Assembly: GCF_009914755.1 (NCBI RefSeq)
Contig: NC_060926.1
Direction: 5' to 3' (one strand)
Origin: the human T2T-CHM13v2.0 reference genome, Homo sapiens
Length of the DNA stretch: 64,000 nt
Shown here: in pieces, positions 27,461-42,000 of the stretch
Layout: each line of letters begins with the position of its first letter
How positions within the stretch are numbered: the first letter of the stretch is position 1
Made by a program: the position numbers and the translations under genes
The notes under the pieces: generated by a model
Database searches by the model: none
Told to the model about the DNA's origin: nothing
What the model saw: the letters and a program-made list of their open reading frames with translations, nothing else

Positions 27461-29685
27461 GTGTGATGATAAATAATGGAAAAAAAGAAAATAGGCAACT
27501 TTTTCTACTAAGAACCTTAATGAAGTTTATGTTTTTTGACTTTGTTTTTCCATTTCAAGAAATCTATTCTTAGGAAAGTAATCAACGTGTTATGGTCAAG
27601 AATATTTTTGGGGTGTTATTTATCACAGAGAAATTGAAAACATCTTAATTGTGCAATTATAGTGAGGTAGTTAAATAAATTACCATACTTTTCCCATGTA
27701 CAGACATTAAAGTTATGTTTCTGAAGGTTAATTACAGAGATAAATGATTATTCTTTAGTGATGTGTTACCAATTTACTCTATTGACTTACCCAATCTAAC
27801 TTAAAAGTTTTGATTTTTCAACTATTTAAGAAACTTCTAGATAATTTGAAGTACTTTGTAAAGGTATACCTCATGTTGAAGCTGGTCCAGATTCTTTTCT
27901 GCAGAGCTAGCTAGGCAGCTAAATGAAATGAGTAATATTATTTCTGACTTCATAATCCTTTCAGTTCCTCTTATACTTTTCTAGCTAAGACAAAATTAGG
28001 ATGAGTAAGAGACATAGTATCTTTAACTCAAATCATTTTTCTATTTGGAATGTCCTTTATCTCCATTTTTACCAATAATAAGAAAACCACATTATGTATA
28101 AATAGTGTTTGTAATTTTCTAAATATTATTTTCTATTACCCACTTTGATCCATCATCAAACCCAATAATATAATCAGAAATGTTAGTACTGCCCTTTCCT
28201 CCACTTATGGCAGGTATCTTAGGCCTAATAAGCTTAATAATTTTCCAGCGTCACATTTTGGTAAATGTCAAAAGCAGAACTGAAATCCAGACGTCCCAAC
28301 TACTCATCAACTATTCTGCCCATTATAATGCACTGTTTATTTGCTCCAATATTTTCCTTTTGAAGAAGCATTTCCTACATTACAGAGGTCACATATTCAT
28401 TTTATTATTTTATTCTGGATTCATGTTTTGAAAATTATACAGAGTTTTTCTGCAAAACTCTCATGAGAAACAAGGTTTCCATATTAAGTAGATGTCATCA
28501 GATCATATTTTGAGATGTTGCAGTCTGCTTTTTTCTTGTATACCTTCGTGGGCAAGAAACCCTCCCCCTGTTGATTTCTGAGGCATGCACTGGAAAAATC
28601 TGGATAATTATACCTCAAATACAAACATACAGAAAAGAGTTAGTGCCACAAAATGGAGCTCACATCAGAGACAATAATTCTGAAAGTCAGTAATTCATGT
28701 GCAAGAGCCAAGCGTATAGAAGAGTGCTTTGTAAATCCCACATAGCTCCCTTCAAATATCAAAAAGGAAGGCCAAAGGACTAGAGTGTAGAGTGTTAGCA
28801 TAAGCCTGGATCCCACATTGCTGGCTTCCTGGGTCAGAAAGGAGGAGCCTGGGGAGGATGTGGAGAAGATAGTAGATAGTGAGAGTCCCTGGCCTCTCTC
28901 ATTCTGTGGATGAAATACTGGGCTGAAGAAATGACAACTATGGAAATTTCAGATAGGTTAAAAGGAAACTGAAAGCAGAGAAAATGGTTCCCTGTGTTTA
29001 GGCACAGAGTGGGCCTGAGCTAGCTGCTACCCACCCTCCAAACCAGGTCTCCCCAGGCCTGTTTTATCATGTGGGGATAGTCCTGAAATTCCTGAGTGTC
29101 CCTGTATGGGCTGTGGAAATGTTGACTGCTCCAGGAAACTAGAACTGGCTTGAAGTCAGGTGTAGGTGGCTGTGAAGTATGTGGACCAGAAGATAGGAAA
29201 ACTGTGTCATGGACCCTAGAAATTCGCAGTGGCTGCAGGTGCGCTTTCAAGACTAGGTAATAATACACAAAGACCAATTTGATGGCAATAGCTCAGTTGG
29301 AGAACCAGCAAAATTCACACAACATGTCCAACATTGTTACGTACATGTTTCTCTGACCCTTGGCTGCTGCCCAGAGAAAATGAGAAAAGAGACAGAGGAG
29401 AAACATTGAAAACCTGAGATTGAGTTAAAAATGAAATATCGAGTTTTACCATCCAGTGCTAAGTTACTTTAAATGGATACCTTCTTACCCTGTTCTCACC
29501 CACCCTGACTACCAAGCTGAAAGGCTTATCAACAAGTTGGCGTTATTTTTAGGAACAAAAAAAGCCAACATTTTTTCCCTGCATTTTAGTTATAGTAATT
29601 TTCAAACTCTTTACACAAATATAAAATAGTGATTGCTTCCTCCTGGAATGTGTGACTGGACCCCCTCAATGTAACATTTCAGCAC

Positions 29686-30052
29686 TGATGTGGTTTGGAT
29701 TTGTGACTCTACCCAAATCTCATGTTGAATTGTAATCTCGAATATTGGGAGGAGGGGCCTGATGGGAGGTGACTGGAACATGGAGGCGGATATTCCCCTT
29801 GCTCTTCTCTTGACTGTGAGTTCTCATGTGATGTGGTTGTTTAAAAGTGTGCAGTATCCTCCCACCCCCGCTTCCTCCTAACTCAGCCCTGTAAGGTGTG
29901 ACTGCTCCCCCTTCTGCCAATGATGTAAGTTTCCTGAGGCCTTTCCAGCCGTGCTTCCTGTACAGCCTGTGGAACCATGAGCCAATTTAACCTCTTTTCT
30001 TTATAAATTACCCAGGTAGTTCTTTATAACAGTGTGAGAATGAACTAACACA
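29686..30052 (+). mobile_element. MaLR LTR (MSTA-like)
   Basis: tgatgtggtttggatttgtg...cccaaatctcatgttgaattgtaatc; ends gaactaacaca; TSD agcac/accac. Confidence 0.9.
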
Positions 30053-30630
30053 ACCACTAAGACATTTGGTTAGATTTTTGCTCGATTTGTTGTTTTTGAG
30101 CAACTGCAGTTTGCTCCTAAATCATAGAGTCTGTTTCTGCTCTTTCACATCTCTTCTCACCTTGAGTAACACATAGTACAGAATTCGTTTACTAAAGGTG
30201 TGATCATACTTACATTTCACTGACTTTCCAGTGGATTGAGCCTTCTGTAGCCAGGTACATAAATTGTCCTGAGAGAGAATAGAACGCTTGAGTATCTGTA
30301 GAGCATCATGATTAAGAAACATACTCTGACTAGGTTGTCCATGTCCAAATTCAAGCTCCACGATTTACTTGTGTTTGTTCCTACACAGAATGTTTAACTT
30401 ACCCAAGACACAGTGCCTTTATTAATAAAGATAGTTCCCACATAGGACTACTGTGAAATTTAAATGAATTAATATAGGTGATTTACTTGGGGCAGAAACT
30501 GACATCTATTAAGTACTATGCATGTGTTTACTGATATTAATGCTTTGAGGGTTAAATAAGCTAATACTTGTAGGACATAACAGTATGTTTCTGAGTACAT
30601 CCTAGGTGATCAAATTGTTAGCTACTATTA

Positions 30631-30748
30631 TTATTATCATTATTATTATTTTGAGATGGAGTCTCGCTCTGTCGCCCAGGCTGGAGTGCAGTGGCGCGAT
30701 CTCGGCTCACTGCAAGCTCCGCCTCCCGGGTTCACGCCATTCTCCTGC
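30631..30748 (-). mobile_element. Heavily 5'-truncated AluY (3' ~97 bp) with (TTA)n tail
   Basis: AluY-type tgcaagctccgcctcccgggttcacgccattc; flanking repeats TTAGCTACT(A/C)TT. Confidence 0.9.
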
Positions 30749-32674
30749 TTAGCTACTCTTATTATATTATTGTATGTTGAAGAACTTTGTATACCCAGTT
30801 AGGCTTCTGAAACAAACAGCTCACTTGCCACATGGATGCAATTTTAGCTAATTCCTGGCCTTTGTAATCATGTTTATTTGGAAATATTTTTTTCTTATTC
30901 TTCATTTATTATTGCTATTATTTCTTATCTAAAGTATTTTCTTTTTAATGTCTCTTTTGGGTTTTCCTCCCATGTTCATTTTAGCCTTTGCTCTATGTTC
31001 TCTTTCTTTACTTCTATCAGTTCTTAGAACTTCAATGTTTTTCACTTTGTGAGCATCTTTACATCATTATTATATTTTTTGCCTGTGTTTGTGTAATTTA
31101 GCTCATCATACATTGTACAGTTTTTGCTGAATCTCCCTACTTGAGTCTTTACTTATGTGGCCTTGTATTCTATCACTTCCTCCCATCTCTTCGTTCTGAA
31201 CTGTCTTTCATCTACTCATCTTTTCTATGTTGGAAAAGCATTGTTCAATTCCACCCCATGCCATGATGCAGTTCCAAAATAATCAAGGTGCCCACTCTTC
31301 TGGGCTTGCTCCCCCAGTGCTAGATTTACTGATGAGCTGACAATGAATTGTGTAGAGTCCCTTATTTATGGTTTGGTATTATCTAAAAGTAATGTAAAGA
31401 GAAAGATATATGTGAGATATGAACCAGAAAGCAACACAACCCAAATGGATAAGAACTGAGCTTATTACATATTGCAGATCTGCTTTCCAAACCCAGCTCA
31501 GACACTGGCTGTGTAAGGAAAAAACTTTGAGAAAGTTTTTTAACTTCTTCATGCCTCAGGTGTAACAATAGTGCCAAACTAATGATATTAATATGAATAT
31601 TCAGTGAAATACTGCATGTGATGTGGTTAGCTAGAGTTTAGTCCACTCTAAGCTTTCCCAAATATCAGATGCTATTGTTATTTTACTGCAGTTGTTGATG
31701 TTGTTTTTGTTATTATAATATTTGACATTGAGTTTCTTTATGTATTTCCTATATGTGTAAGCTAAATAGACAAATATGCTTCCAATTCTGAAATTAGCAA
31801 GCAGAGACATTAATTGTGTTGTTAGCAATATTAGGATGTTGTTCATAGCTTCTGTTTTGCCCTTAGCTTTTGTTCCATATTTTATTGGTTCTGAATATAA
31901 ACATTTCCTTAGCTGGTTAGGGTCTCAATCCAGAAGTGGCCAGGTGCTACTTGCTTTTGAGGACATAATATTTAGATTTTAAAAATGGAATTAAAAGCAT
32001 ATGAGTTCCACTAAATTTGCTACTTACTCTGTTGATATCTTACTCAGCTGTGGGCAAGCATTTAATCAAGGTTTATTGGCATTCTTTTCTTAGATTTAAG
32101 TAGGACATAAAATTTTATGACATGTAGAGTATTTTCGATAACTGTTTCATTGTTTTCCATAGTGTAATAGCATACAAGAGGAAATATCAATAAAGTACCC
32201 AGTATGCATTATTTTTGGACGAGTAAGGTAGTTTGAAGTTTGTATCATAGCAAAATGTTGGTCTACTTTTCAAATTACACTGTGGATTCATGGTTGTCTA
32301 GGTTTTTTTTATTTTCTTTTTCTTTGTACTTTGTTCATATCTTTATTTTTTTCTTTCTCTCTTTAGACACCTGTACTCTAGGGTCAGAAAATAAGAATTA
32401 TAGACTATGCTGTTTGTTTATTTTTATAAAATATAACTGCTATTTATATTTTATTTTTAATTGGTATATACATTTGAACTGAAAAAAAGAAACATTCTTA
32501 AATGATCTTGAGTATATTCATATGTTAAGAATCTTTGTCATGTCCAAGTGCTTTTGATTCTGCTGGAAATGGGCAGGTATTAGAAGAGTAGTGTGAACTG
32601 TAGCCAGAGCCTATTCATCTGGCTATCTATGCCACAGCCCCTAGAATCACCAGTGAGCAAAATTGAGTGATAAA

Positions 32675-33190
32675 TGTGACTCCAGAATTCCACTCCTAGA
32701 TGTATATCCCAAATAAGTAGAAACAGGTATTCAAACAAGTATATGCACATGCATATTCATAGCAGTAGTATTCATAATAACCAAAATATGGGAACAGCCC
32801 AAATGTCTATCGACAGATGAATAAACACATTTCAGTATATACATACAATGGAATATTGTTCATTCATAAAATGGAATGAAGTTCTGAAACATGCTGTAAG
32901 GTGAATGTGCCTCCAAAATACTATGCTTAAAGAAGCCAGATGCAAAAGATCACAAATATATATAAAATATTCAGAATAAATAAATTCATAGAGACAGAAA
33001 GAATGTAAATTAGCAGTTTCCAGAGGCTGTGGGGAAGAGGTAACAGAAACTGCTCAATGCGTATGGGGCTTTACTTTGGAGTGATTAAAATATTTTGTAA
33101 CCATTGTGAATGTGCTAAATGCCACTGAAATGTTTACTTCAAAACAGTTAATTTTATGTTATGTGAATTTCATCACATTAAATTATTTTT
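32675..33190 (+). mobile_element. L1MB-type 3' end
   Basis: aattccactcctagatgtatatccc, aacagcccaaatgtctatc, attgtgaatgtgctaaatgccactgaa. Confidence 0.85.
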
Positions 33191-35312
33191 CAAAATCCCA
33201 AGTGACACGGTCAAAGCAGAACGATTTTCCATTTTTCCAGAATCATAACTGGTTTAAATAAGTCTATTCCACAAGGAGAGAACAGGGAGTTTGCTCTTAT
33301 TGATCCCAGGGAGCCTGGTGAGTGCTGGGAATAATTTTACAGAGCCTTTTTGAAAGATGAATTCAATTTCCCTCTTAAATATATTCCATTTTATTATGAC
33401 ATTAGATTATCCGAGCTTGTGAAAATCACTTTTAATGGCTAAGCTTCTGAACTATGTAGGGCTTTATTTTCCATGCTTGCCTGAGATTTCCATGGTCTCA
33501 TTGATCCATCCAAGAAAATAAAAACAGGAAAGCATAAATGTTCCTCTTCTGAGATGGGTTCTGTCTGCACAATGGGAAGATAATTATACCAATGTATATG
33601 GGCAGATGAGGTTATTTAGGCTCAAGTGCTTTATTTTTGGCTCTTAGATGGTTTAGATTAGCCAACCATGTCAATAAGAGGATCTGTGTAATTATAAGTT
33701 TTTAAATATTTTATGTAAACCAATCTATGAAACTGTTAATTGTCATTTGTACAAATATGAATAGTAAAGCAAGTGCTTTTCATGGCTGTGACATAAATAT
33801 CTAGATTTCAGATGAAGACCATTTTTTGTGGTATATGTCTTTGCAAAGACATTTTTTAAGGTTCCCCTATATTGAGAGCTCACCATGTGTTAGACACCTA
33901 GATATGTATGTTGAATAAATGAATCCTAATCCTTAGAATAGCTCTAAAAGGTAAACATCATTATTTGATTCCTACAAATGAAATAATTGACGTTCAAAAA
34001 TGTTAAGTGATGTCCTTAAGTGACTAAATGTTGGTAGCTACAACTCACCTTAATACACTTAATTGAGTCTGGCTAGACACATTGCAGCTGAAACCTCACT
34101 GTGCAGCTGTTTTTTTTTTTTCAAGATTTCTTTTAAAATAACTCCCACAGGAATTACAGGATGCTTATGACTATTAGTTTTGCTTCCCTAAAGTTCTGAT
34201 CTATTTGTTCCCTTTTCTGAATTAGCCTGTATAGCCAAACTACCAAAAGGTTGGTGTTGGTGGGAGTATTGACATTAAAGTTCACTGAGGAAATAGGTAT
34301 ATCAGCTTATAAAAAAGCTGAGATTTTAAAAAGTATTTGAGCACCTGAAGTGAATACTGACAACAATGAATGTAATGACAGGGAGGATGGTAAATTTGGG
34401 TCATGGGAAACCTGAGTAACTGGGAATTTAAGGAAGGCAGAGATACAATAAAACTTATGTTTCAGTCTAGATCATTTGGAATTTGATGTCAAATAACTCC
34501 TCCAAGATAGTCTTTCTCTTCTCATCATGCACCTTCAGTATTAACTATCTTCCAGATACCTCGTATTTTCCTACCTAACCTTTGCTGATCCTTCCAACGC
34601 CTGAAATACCCTCCATCCTTGCCACAAGTTCTCAGCCCTTTTATTTCCATTATTGGAGGGAACCATGCCAATCCACTGAATCACTAAAATATTTTGTGTT
34701 TGAATCACGCAGTTGCAACTTGACATTTACTTTTGGCCTTCGTTTTACTTTTATGTGTTAATAGCTCATCTTCATCATTAATCATGAGCTCTAGAAAGAT
34801 AAGTAACAGTGAGCCCATCTATTTTTATCCCATCATATGCCTTGGACATAGTATTTACTCATCAAATAGTAGTTAACAATTTCATAGTTCTTTAATGTAG
34901 AGTTTTCTCAAAGCATACTCATAAAAGTACCATTTCTGAAAGAAAGATAGAGATGCTCTTCCAAAAGTGTGGCCCTCGATCAAATACAGGTGAAGAGCAC
35001 TACATCTCATTTACCTTCTAGGAAACTTACAATGTATATTGGCATTTTCAACACTGAGAAATTTTTCAGTAATGAAACCAATGTTACTATTTTTAACCCA
35101 ACCCTCACCACCTTTCCCCTTACTTTTATTCATAAAACCCCTACAAATATCTTGTTCCTCAAAAGGTTTATTGCAAGACATAGCTTTAAAGTATTTTGTG
35201 CACAGATTATGTTAATAATATTCACAAGTGTGGAAATTAAATTTTGATTAGATGTAGGTTGGGCCTTTTGTTTGGCCTGCCTGCTTCTATACTTGTGAAA
35301 GTGCTGTATTGG

Positions 35313-35336
35313 GTGTGTGTGTGTGTGTGTGTGTGT
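35313..35336. repeat. (GT)n microsatellite
   Basis: Visible directly. Confidence 0.9.
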
Positions 35337-35611
35337 TACACACAGTGTGAACTCAACCTGGAAATAGATTGAGACTGAAGAGAGAATTATTGGAACTGGT
35401 TTTTCAGCTTGATTATCTGCTAGAACGTCTATTACTTCTCATAATATGCTTGAAAAGCTTTATTTGTACCTCAAGGGCAATGAGCCTGGCCTCATTTACA
35501 AATATGAACGCAGATATTAGCTGTGCACTATCTTCTCCTTCAGGCAGTCTTGCTGACTGTCAGCTTGTTTTATTGACTTCCTCAGAAAAAGAATATCCAT
35601 CTCCTTGGAAT

Positions 35612-35865
35612 TAGACACAGCACGGTTAATGGGAGAAGCAGAAGTTTCAGAGTCAGAGGGTTCAGATTTGCTCCCCAGCTCAGGCCCGTGTAAGCATGAG
35701 CAAACTTTCCTCTCTGAGCCTCTGCTCTGAGCCCTCATCTGTGAGATGAGATGGATCACACTTGTCATTCAGAGTTTCTTGTGAGGACTCAATAACATAT
35801 GCAAAGCCTGAATGATATATGCAAAACACAGTGCCTGGCGCAAGGAGATGTTCAATAAATACTAG
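35612..35865 (+). mobile_element. MIR
   Basis: cctctctgagcctc...ctcatctgtgagatgag...acagtgcctggc...ttcaataaat. Confidence 0.75.
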
Positions 35866-37007
35866 TCCCCTTCGCGTTTATTTTTTTGTTTCAGCCAGAT
35901 CATGACAAGAGAATTTCAAAGCCATAAAGTCATACAAACAAAACCGCCTCTCTCCTATAGTTGCCATTTCATGTTTTATGTTGTTATTTCAAACAATAAA
36001 TGACGTCACTATTCTTTGTGTCCTCTGTTTTTATGAGGAGACTGTGAATGAGGGGAATAGTAAGAGTTGAGTTATTATCTATAAAAGAGGAATATTTGAA
36101 TTCTACTAATAGGAAATAAACAACCTGAGAGTTTTAATTAGCCATTGTAGTCATTTGAAATATTTTTCCATTACTTAGAAATTATCCCTTTAGTCCTAAC
36201 ATCTGTTAATTATAAAACTCCATTATTTTATAGTTTCTGAAAAATCATGTTCTATGATATGGTATCAAAGGATTGTAAATAGTATTTACAGAAAGGTACT
36301 GAGGCAATAGCAAAATTGAGGATCCTTGACATCTGGTGTGTTTGTGCCATATTTTTGAGTACAGTTATTTTTTGGTTTAGCAATGCATTAGATTATTCAA
36401 GGGGGAATATTAAATGTATTAGGGAGAACTTCAGACTGGCTGTCAACTTTATGTCAACACGTTATATAATTTTAGCCACAGGTCCATTTTCATTTTAGTT
36501 TCAGATAATTTACCACTATGAAAAAGGAGAACAAAACAGTCATTGTGTGATAATATTGCATAAGGTTGCATATTTGGAGGTGAATGTACCCAAAAGAAAA
36601 CTAGAATTATAAAATTCCTTTTAATTTAGTAGATTAGAAGGGTCAACATAAATTGTGGTTTTCAGGTGAACGGACAGCTCTGACTTCCGTTTTGAAGAAA
36701 AGCATATACTTGTTATATATGGTTGTCCATAACACATCCACCAGGTCCATCTTTAGCCATCCGTGGCTAAATTGTTTCTGAAAGAAGCCAACTTTGTCTC
36801 TATGAAAGATTACAAATGGGAGTTTTGCTGTAGTGTCTACCTTTCTAAATGCCAAATTATCTCCTGGCAGTTTTTTCTGATGTAAATATTGTGAATGGCT
36901 GAAGAAACTATCATTTTTGGGGGGGTACTTTAAACTGAAGTAATAGATAAAGCAGTGAGGCTTGATTGTGCATTAATCACCAACTGTCTTGATCTTGTTG
37001 ATTGTAG

Positions 37008-37199
37008 GAGAAGATGTATCAGGGAGTCTTTGCCCAGTTCCCCCTCCTCCTGAGAGGAAGTCTTGTGAAATTCCCTGCCGAATGGACTGTGTGCTGAGCG
37101 AGTGGACGGAGTGGTCATCCTGTTCCCAGTCCTGTTCAAATAAAAACTCAGATGGGAAACAGACCAGGTCAAGAACTATCCTGGCACTGGCTGGGGAAG
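37008..37199 (+). CDS. THSD7B: THSD7B internal coding exon (192 nt, phase 1-1): GEDVSGSLCPVPPPPERKSCEIPCRMDCVLSEWTEWSSCSQSCSNKNSDGKQTRSRTILALAGE
   Basis: Acceptor ttgtag at 37002-37007, donor G/gtgagt at 37200. TSP1 signature WxxWxxCSxSC...RSR. Peptide recognised as THSD7B and splices in frame to the next exon. Confidence 0.96.
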
Positions 37200-38860
37200 G
37201 TGAGTAACAGAAAAGGTTTTCACTTTGGATTCATTAGCCCAATTATTATCATTTTTCCTCATTGGTGATAGAGAAGTTTATATGGAGGAAATAGTCACAC
37301 ATAGACGATATCTCTATTCCCTGAATCCAGATTAACAGTTTCATTTCCCTCCATGCTTTTTGCTTTGATTCTCTAGTTAAGCTATACTGGCTTAACCCAT
37401 TTACATGAATTGCTTTACCACATACCTGTGTATGGGCCATGGCAATCAGATGGATGTTATTTTACAGAACCCTTCTTAGACAAGAAAGCAGAATTTGGTT
37501 GATACACACCCAAACCAAAGATAGCTTGTGCAGTTGGGAACATAATTAGACTGTTTAGTAAAAAGAGCTTCAAATTAATAATCAGGAGACATGGCTTCTC
37601 AACTGGGAACTGCCACTAACATCTGCAAACTACCTGATCCGTGCATGCTGGTATCCTGTCATGCCAGCATTCTGCAGGAGGGGGGCACAGCATGGAGGCT
37701 GTGAAAATGGCTTTGATGAAGCTAAAAAGTGCTATGAGAATATAAGTGGGTGACGTCAGAACAAATTAGAGGAGCAGCTGTTCCTGTAATTTATGGTGAT
37801 GGTCTCTGTCTCCAGCACACGTCATTTCTTTCATGCCCTCCCTTGGCTTTTTCTGCCCATGGCTCAGTTAGAACAGCAGGACAGCATGGCCACTGGCTGT
37901 GAGGAGCTACTTTTTAAGTAAGTTTCTGTTCTTTGATCCTGCGAAATGGGGCCAGGGTCAAGATAAATGAAGATTTTCATATTCTTAAAGTGAAGATGGT
38001 TCCTTCTCTTTTCTTTTATATTTCTGGAAGGAGTGAATGGGAAAAAAATCAAGAATAACAAAACCAAGGTCACAGATCCTGGGCATTTGGGCCACTGAAT
38101 AAACCATTAAAGTGTAGAAGAGTAGGCAAAGATCGATGCTTTAGATAAATACCACTTTTTATATGGATATAAAAATGTCAGAAAAGGACAATAATGAAAT
38201 TGGATTGTCTGACTCATCCAAGAGTCTATGGATGCATATATGTCTGGTCTTCCTGCCAGGGGATAGCACATTGTCAGGTATTATTTCAGAGTTTAAGGAG
38301 GGGTTTTCTTCTCCAAACAAACTTCAACAGATATTTCTGGATTTCTCAAATTGCAGTGAAATGCACTGCTTGATAGAGGATAGGTGTCTTAAAATAGTTC
38401 TCTTAGAAAAATAATGCCTCTCTTAGGAAGACCGTGCTGCATAAGGGGTGTGTGTGTGTGTGTGCTCATTCAAACTAATATCACTTCGAGGTCATAGACT
38501 ATTCTAACTGGCTAATACATGAATATAAGAAGCATAGAAATATTTTTTGAAAAGCAGGTTTCTTTGGAGTTTATCTCAGAGATACATGCTGCAGTGGTGG
38601 GCAACAGAGTCAATTAATTTTAAAATCTAATTGATGTGGACTGCTGCTTGTTATTTAGTGGAAAGGAGTGTACAATATTTTCCTCAGGTGTTGCTTGGGA
38701 CAAAAATCCCTGTTCTTAGACTGAGAAGAACAGTGCAGTGGCTCAGGTCTTTGGAAGGCTGTGTCAGCAAAGCTGTCTCTCTAGACCATTAAAGCAGCAG
38801 AAACAACAAAAACAAGAACAGCAACCACTATGTATTACCTTTTGTTCTTATTTTTGGCAG

Positions 38861-39095
38861 GTGGAAAGCCATGTCCCCCTAGTCAGGCTCTCCAAGAGCA
38901 TCGTTTGTGTAATGACCATTCCTGTATGCAGCTTCACTGGGAGACATCGCCTTGGGGCCCTTGTTCTGAGGACACATTGGTAACTGCCCTTAATGCAACC
39001 ATTGGCTGGAATGGAGAAGCCACGTGTGGTGTAGGCATTCAGACTCGGAGAGTCTTCTGTGTCAAGAGTCACGTGGGACAAGTAATGACCAAAAG
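38861..39095 (+). CDS. THSD7B: THSD7B internal coding exon (235 nt, phase 1-2): GGKPCPPSQALQEHRLCNDHSCMQLHWETSPWGPCSEDTLVTALNATIGWNGEATCGVGIQTRRVFCVKSHVGQVMTK
   Basis: T-rich tract and ggcag acceptor ending 38860, donor AG/gtattt at 39096. TSP1 motifs (WxxxxWxxC, CGxGxQTR) and N-glycosylation sequon NAT. Phases match both neighbouring exons. Confidence 0.96.
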
Positions 39096-42000
39096 GTATT
39101 TATTAGGCTGTTACTGAAAATGCATTTGCTTATTTCATGTTGAGTATTTTTAGTTGAAAGCATTTATCAAGCAATAGATATTTCTGGGTCTCTGATAGAG
39201 TAAGAGGGTTTGTTGTTGCTGTTTGACCATTAAAGATTAAAACATGTGCCTCAAACAAAGATAAACGTGTTTATGATATATATCACTGGTGCATTTATAA
39301 CATGTATTAATATATCAGTTCTTGGATAAAAATGAATAGTGTCCACAAACATTGAATGCTTTTGAATAATCAAATTTTCTAGAGCTGATCTCTGTATTTT
39401 TTACTCTTCTCAAATCACATAAAGACGAGGTCAACATAAAGCTAGGTTCTGTGCTTTGAAATATAGGGTTGTGTCTTACTCTTCTTTAGACTCCACAGAT
39501 CTCTCCTGCATTAAATAGATACATCCATACAGCCATTCTAATTAGACTAATGAATCCATGCCCTCCAGAAGTTTACAATCTCATGCATGTTATACTCTAT
39601 GTACATGGAGATATAAAACTTTTTAAAGAGAGTAGCAAAATATGGGCTTGGAAACTAGGATATAGATGTCAAAACGATCAAGAACAACTGCAAATGATTG
39701 GAGGAAAAAAAGTAATTGACTAAAGAACTGGCTGTGGGAGTTTTATCACTAGACCAAATGAGGAGATGTATGTTTTCCTAAAGTCCCTGTGGGAAGGCTG
39801 GTAAAGAAGAAAACAGAAGGGCCCTATGCATTATAGAGAGACTTGTGACTGGTCTATCTGGAAAGATTCCCAGTGGCCATATTTGGAGACCCCACTCCAG
39901 GCACAGGTGTGGGCCACTAGGATGAGCTGGTGCCAGCTTTGGTCTAGTGTCATAAGCTAGGCAACATACAGTGCCTCCCCAGGAATTTTCAAGCTGGGAG
40001 AATGAAACTCATTTATTTTCTGTTCATCATACTCTAAGCATATGAGCTGAGAGTTGCCACAGACAGGGTCAAGTCTGGTGGAAAAAGTAAAAGGAGAGAT
40101 TGATTCTGATGCTCAGGAAGAAACAGATATGCAGTTGGAACAAATCCTGGCAGCACTGAACCGTGGTCCTGTCCCTACTGACTACACCCTGCCCTCCATG
40201 GCAAAATATGAAAATACATTTGATGTTCTGCCTAATTCAATTTAATTTGTGTTTCTCTCATGGGCAATGGAAACACTGAAAAATTTCATCTGGGGAACCA
40301 CGGTGAAGGGCTCTGGGCCTGATCCACACTGTCATGGAAGCCACTTTGGCCATGTGTAAGGAAAGTCACCCAAGCTCCGTTATGGGAAATGAACTGCTTA
40401 CGGCAGCAGATAGAGTGCAGACTGGCAGACACTGCCCAGAGCTTGTGTTAGAGCATTTGATGAGCTGGTGGTTTTGCAAATACACATGAAGATGTGTATT
40501 TGCAAGTCGTACTGTGACTTGAAGGGAAGCATAGCCTGGAACACTTGACCTTTCTCTTCTCCTAAATGTGGCTCCCAGAGTGCTGGGATTGGGTGTTCTT
40601 TCTTGTTCCAACCCTAGTCTAGCACAGCATCTGGCAGGTAGTTAGTATAAACATTTCTGGAATTTATGAATGAGCTAAACCTATATGTAGAGGAGTGATC
40701 GGTTTGCCAAGGATTGGATATGAAGATCAAGGGAAGTGTATGTTTATCTTTTGCTTCAAGAAAAACATATTTAATCTCCCATGATAAATTTTGTTAAAGG
40801 GGACTATCATGAAAATTAGTGAGCATATCATACATATGACCTGCTCTTTTTAGCTCATAAATACTGTTTTTGCTCTAGAACCTAACTCTACATTATTAGC
40901 AGTGTTCTTGGAAATGTCAACTTGTATCAGTTGTATTTTTCAACTTACCTGGTAGCCATAGCAGCACATGGATTGATTGGACCAATGAATCAATGGAAGT
41001 TATAGACAAATATGGACAATAACATTTAGTATCACCTGCTTCAGGTGATAACCTAAGTCATGAGGTTATGGTAAAATTCTGAAAGTTTTATAAAGGTGTT
41101 ACGCAGACATGAGAACTCCTTTTATCTGAGAAGGATTGAAGCCTAGATAATGTTTATTTTTATGACCTGAATTTTCAACTGCTTAAGAAAAGATGCACGA
41201 AAGATTAGAATGAATATAAAAATAAAAATAAGTATGGATTAGATGTAGGAGTAACCCTACATAAAATGCAGCAAACTATTATTCTTTATAGTGATGAAAA
41301 ATTTTAGCATGCCTGAAGCCTGATCTCCTTTCCACAAAGCTTTTCATCTTTGACCCACTATGACAGGAAAAATCCACTGGACCTGAATGTAGCTTGTTTA
41401 TTTTTTAGCAAAGGGGCATTAGAATTGAGACTGATACCAATTCCATAAATTATCATCATATTTTAAAGGGCTATTCGGACAGAAAAAGTTGAGTTATATG
41501 TTCAAATCAGCATCTATTTCTTCTTGTATCGTCATTATTACTTTGAATCACAGTTTCATGAAGGTTTCTGAGCACATCAGCTTACTCAAATGTTAAAGAG
41601 GATTTGAGAAAAAAATCACAGGAACAGAAGTTTGTAGTTTAAAACATAATTCATAATAAGCTAATATGCATTTGTTTTAAAATGTACATAAGTGAGACTA
41701 AAATATTATTATTACAGTAAATCATCTCCAGTTTTGCTGTGGTTTACCAACACAGAAAAATCAATTGCACAGATGTTTTCCCTAACATACACACACAAAT
41801 ATAAAAGCATTGCTAATGACTTTCTGTACTGTTAATGAGGCTGGAGACTTAACAACCTAGTTTTAATTCTGACTGTATGTCTCCAAATAATCCTGTTAAA
41901 CATGAGCAGCCTGCATTGACTTTAGTGAAATTAATTAAAATTCTTGAGGTTAATGAGATTAATTGAGCTAAGAAAATAATACCTAGTGTCCAGTGAAGCA

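Noticed and set aside
28600-29560. GC-richer, LTR-like stretch
   Set aside because: Probably an old LTR remnant, but I could not identify termini, TSD or family.
38738-39081. Alternative-frame and antisense ORFs over the second exon
   Set aside because: Shadows of the real THSD7B exon.
40054-40245. Acidic, protein-looking 63-aa ORF as an extra exon
   Set aside because: No Cys/Trp TSP1 pattern, no convincing splice sites, and the flanking exons already join in frame without it.
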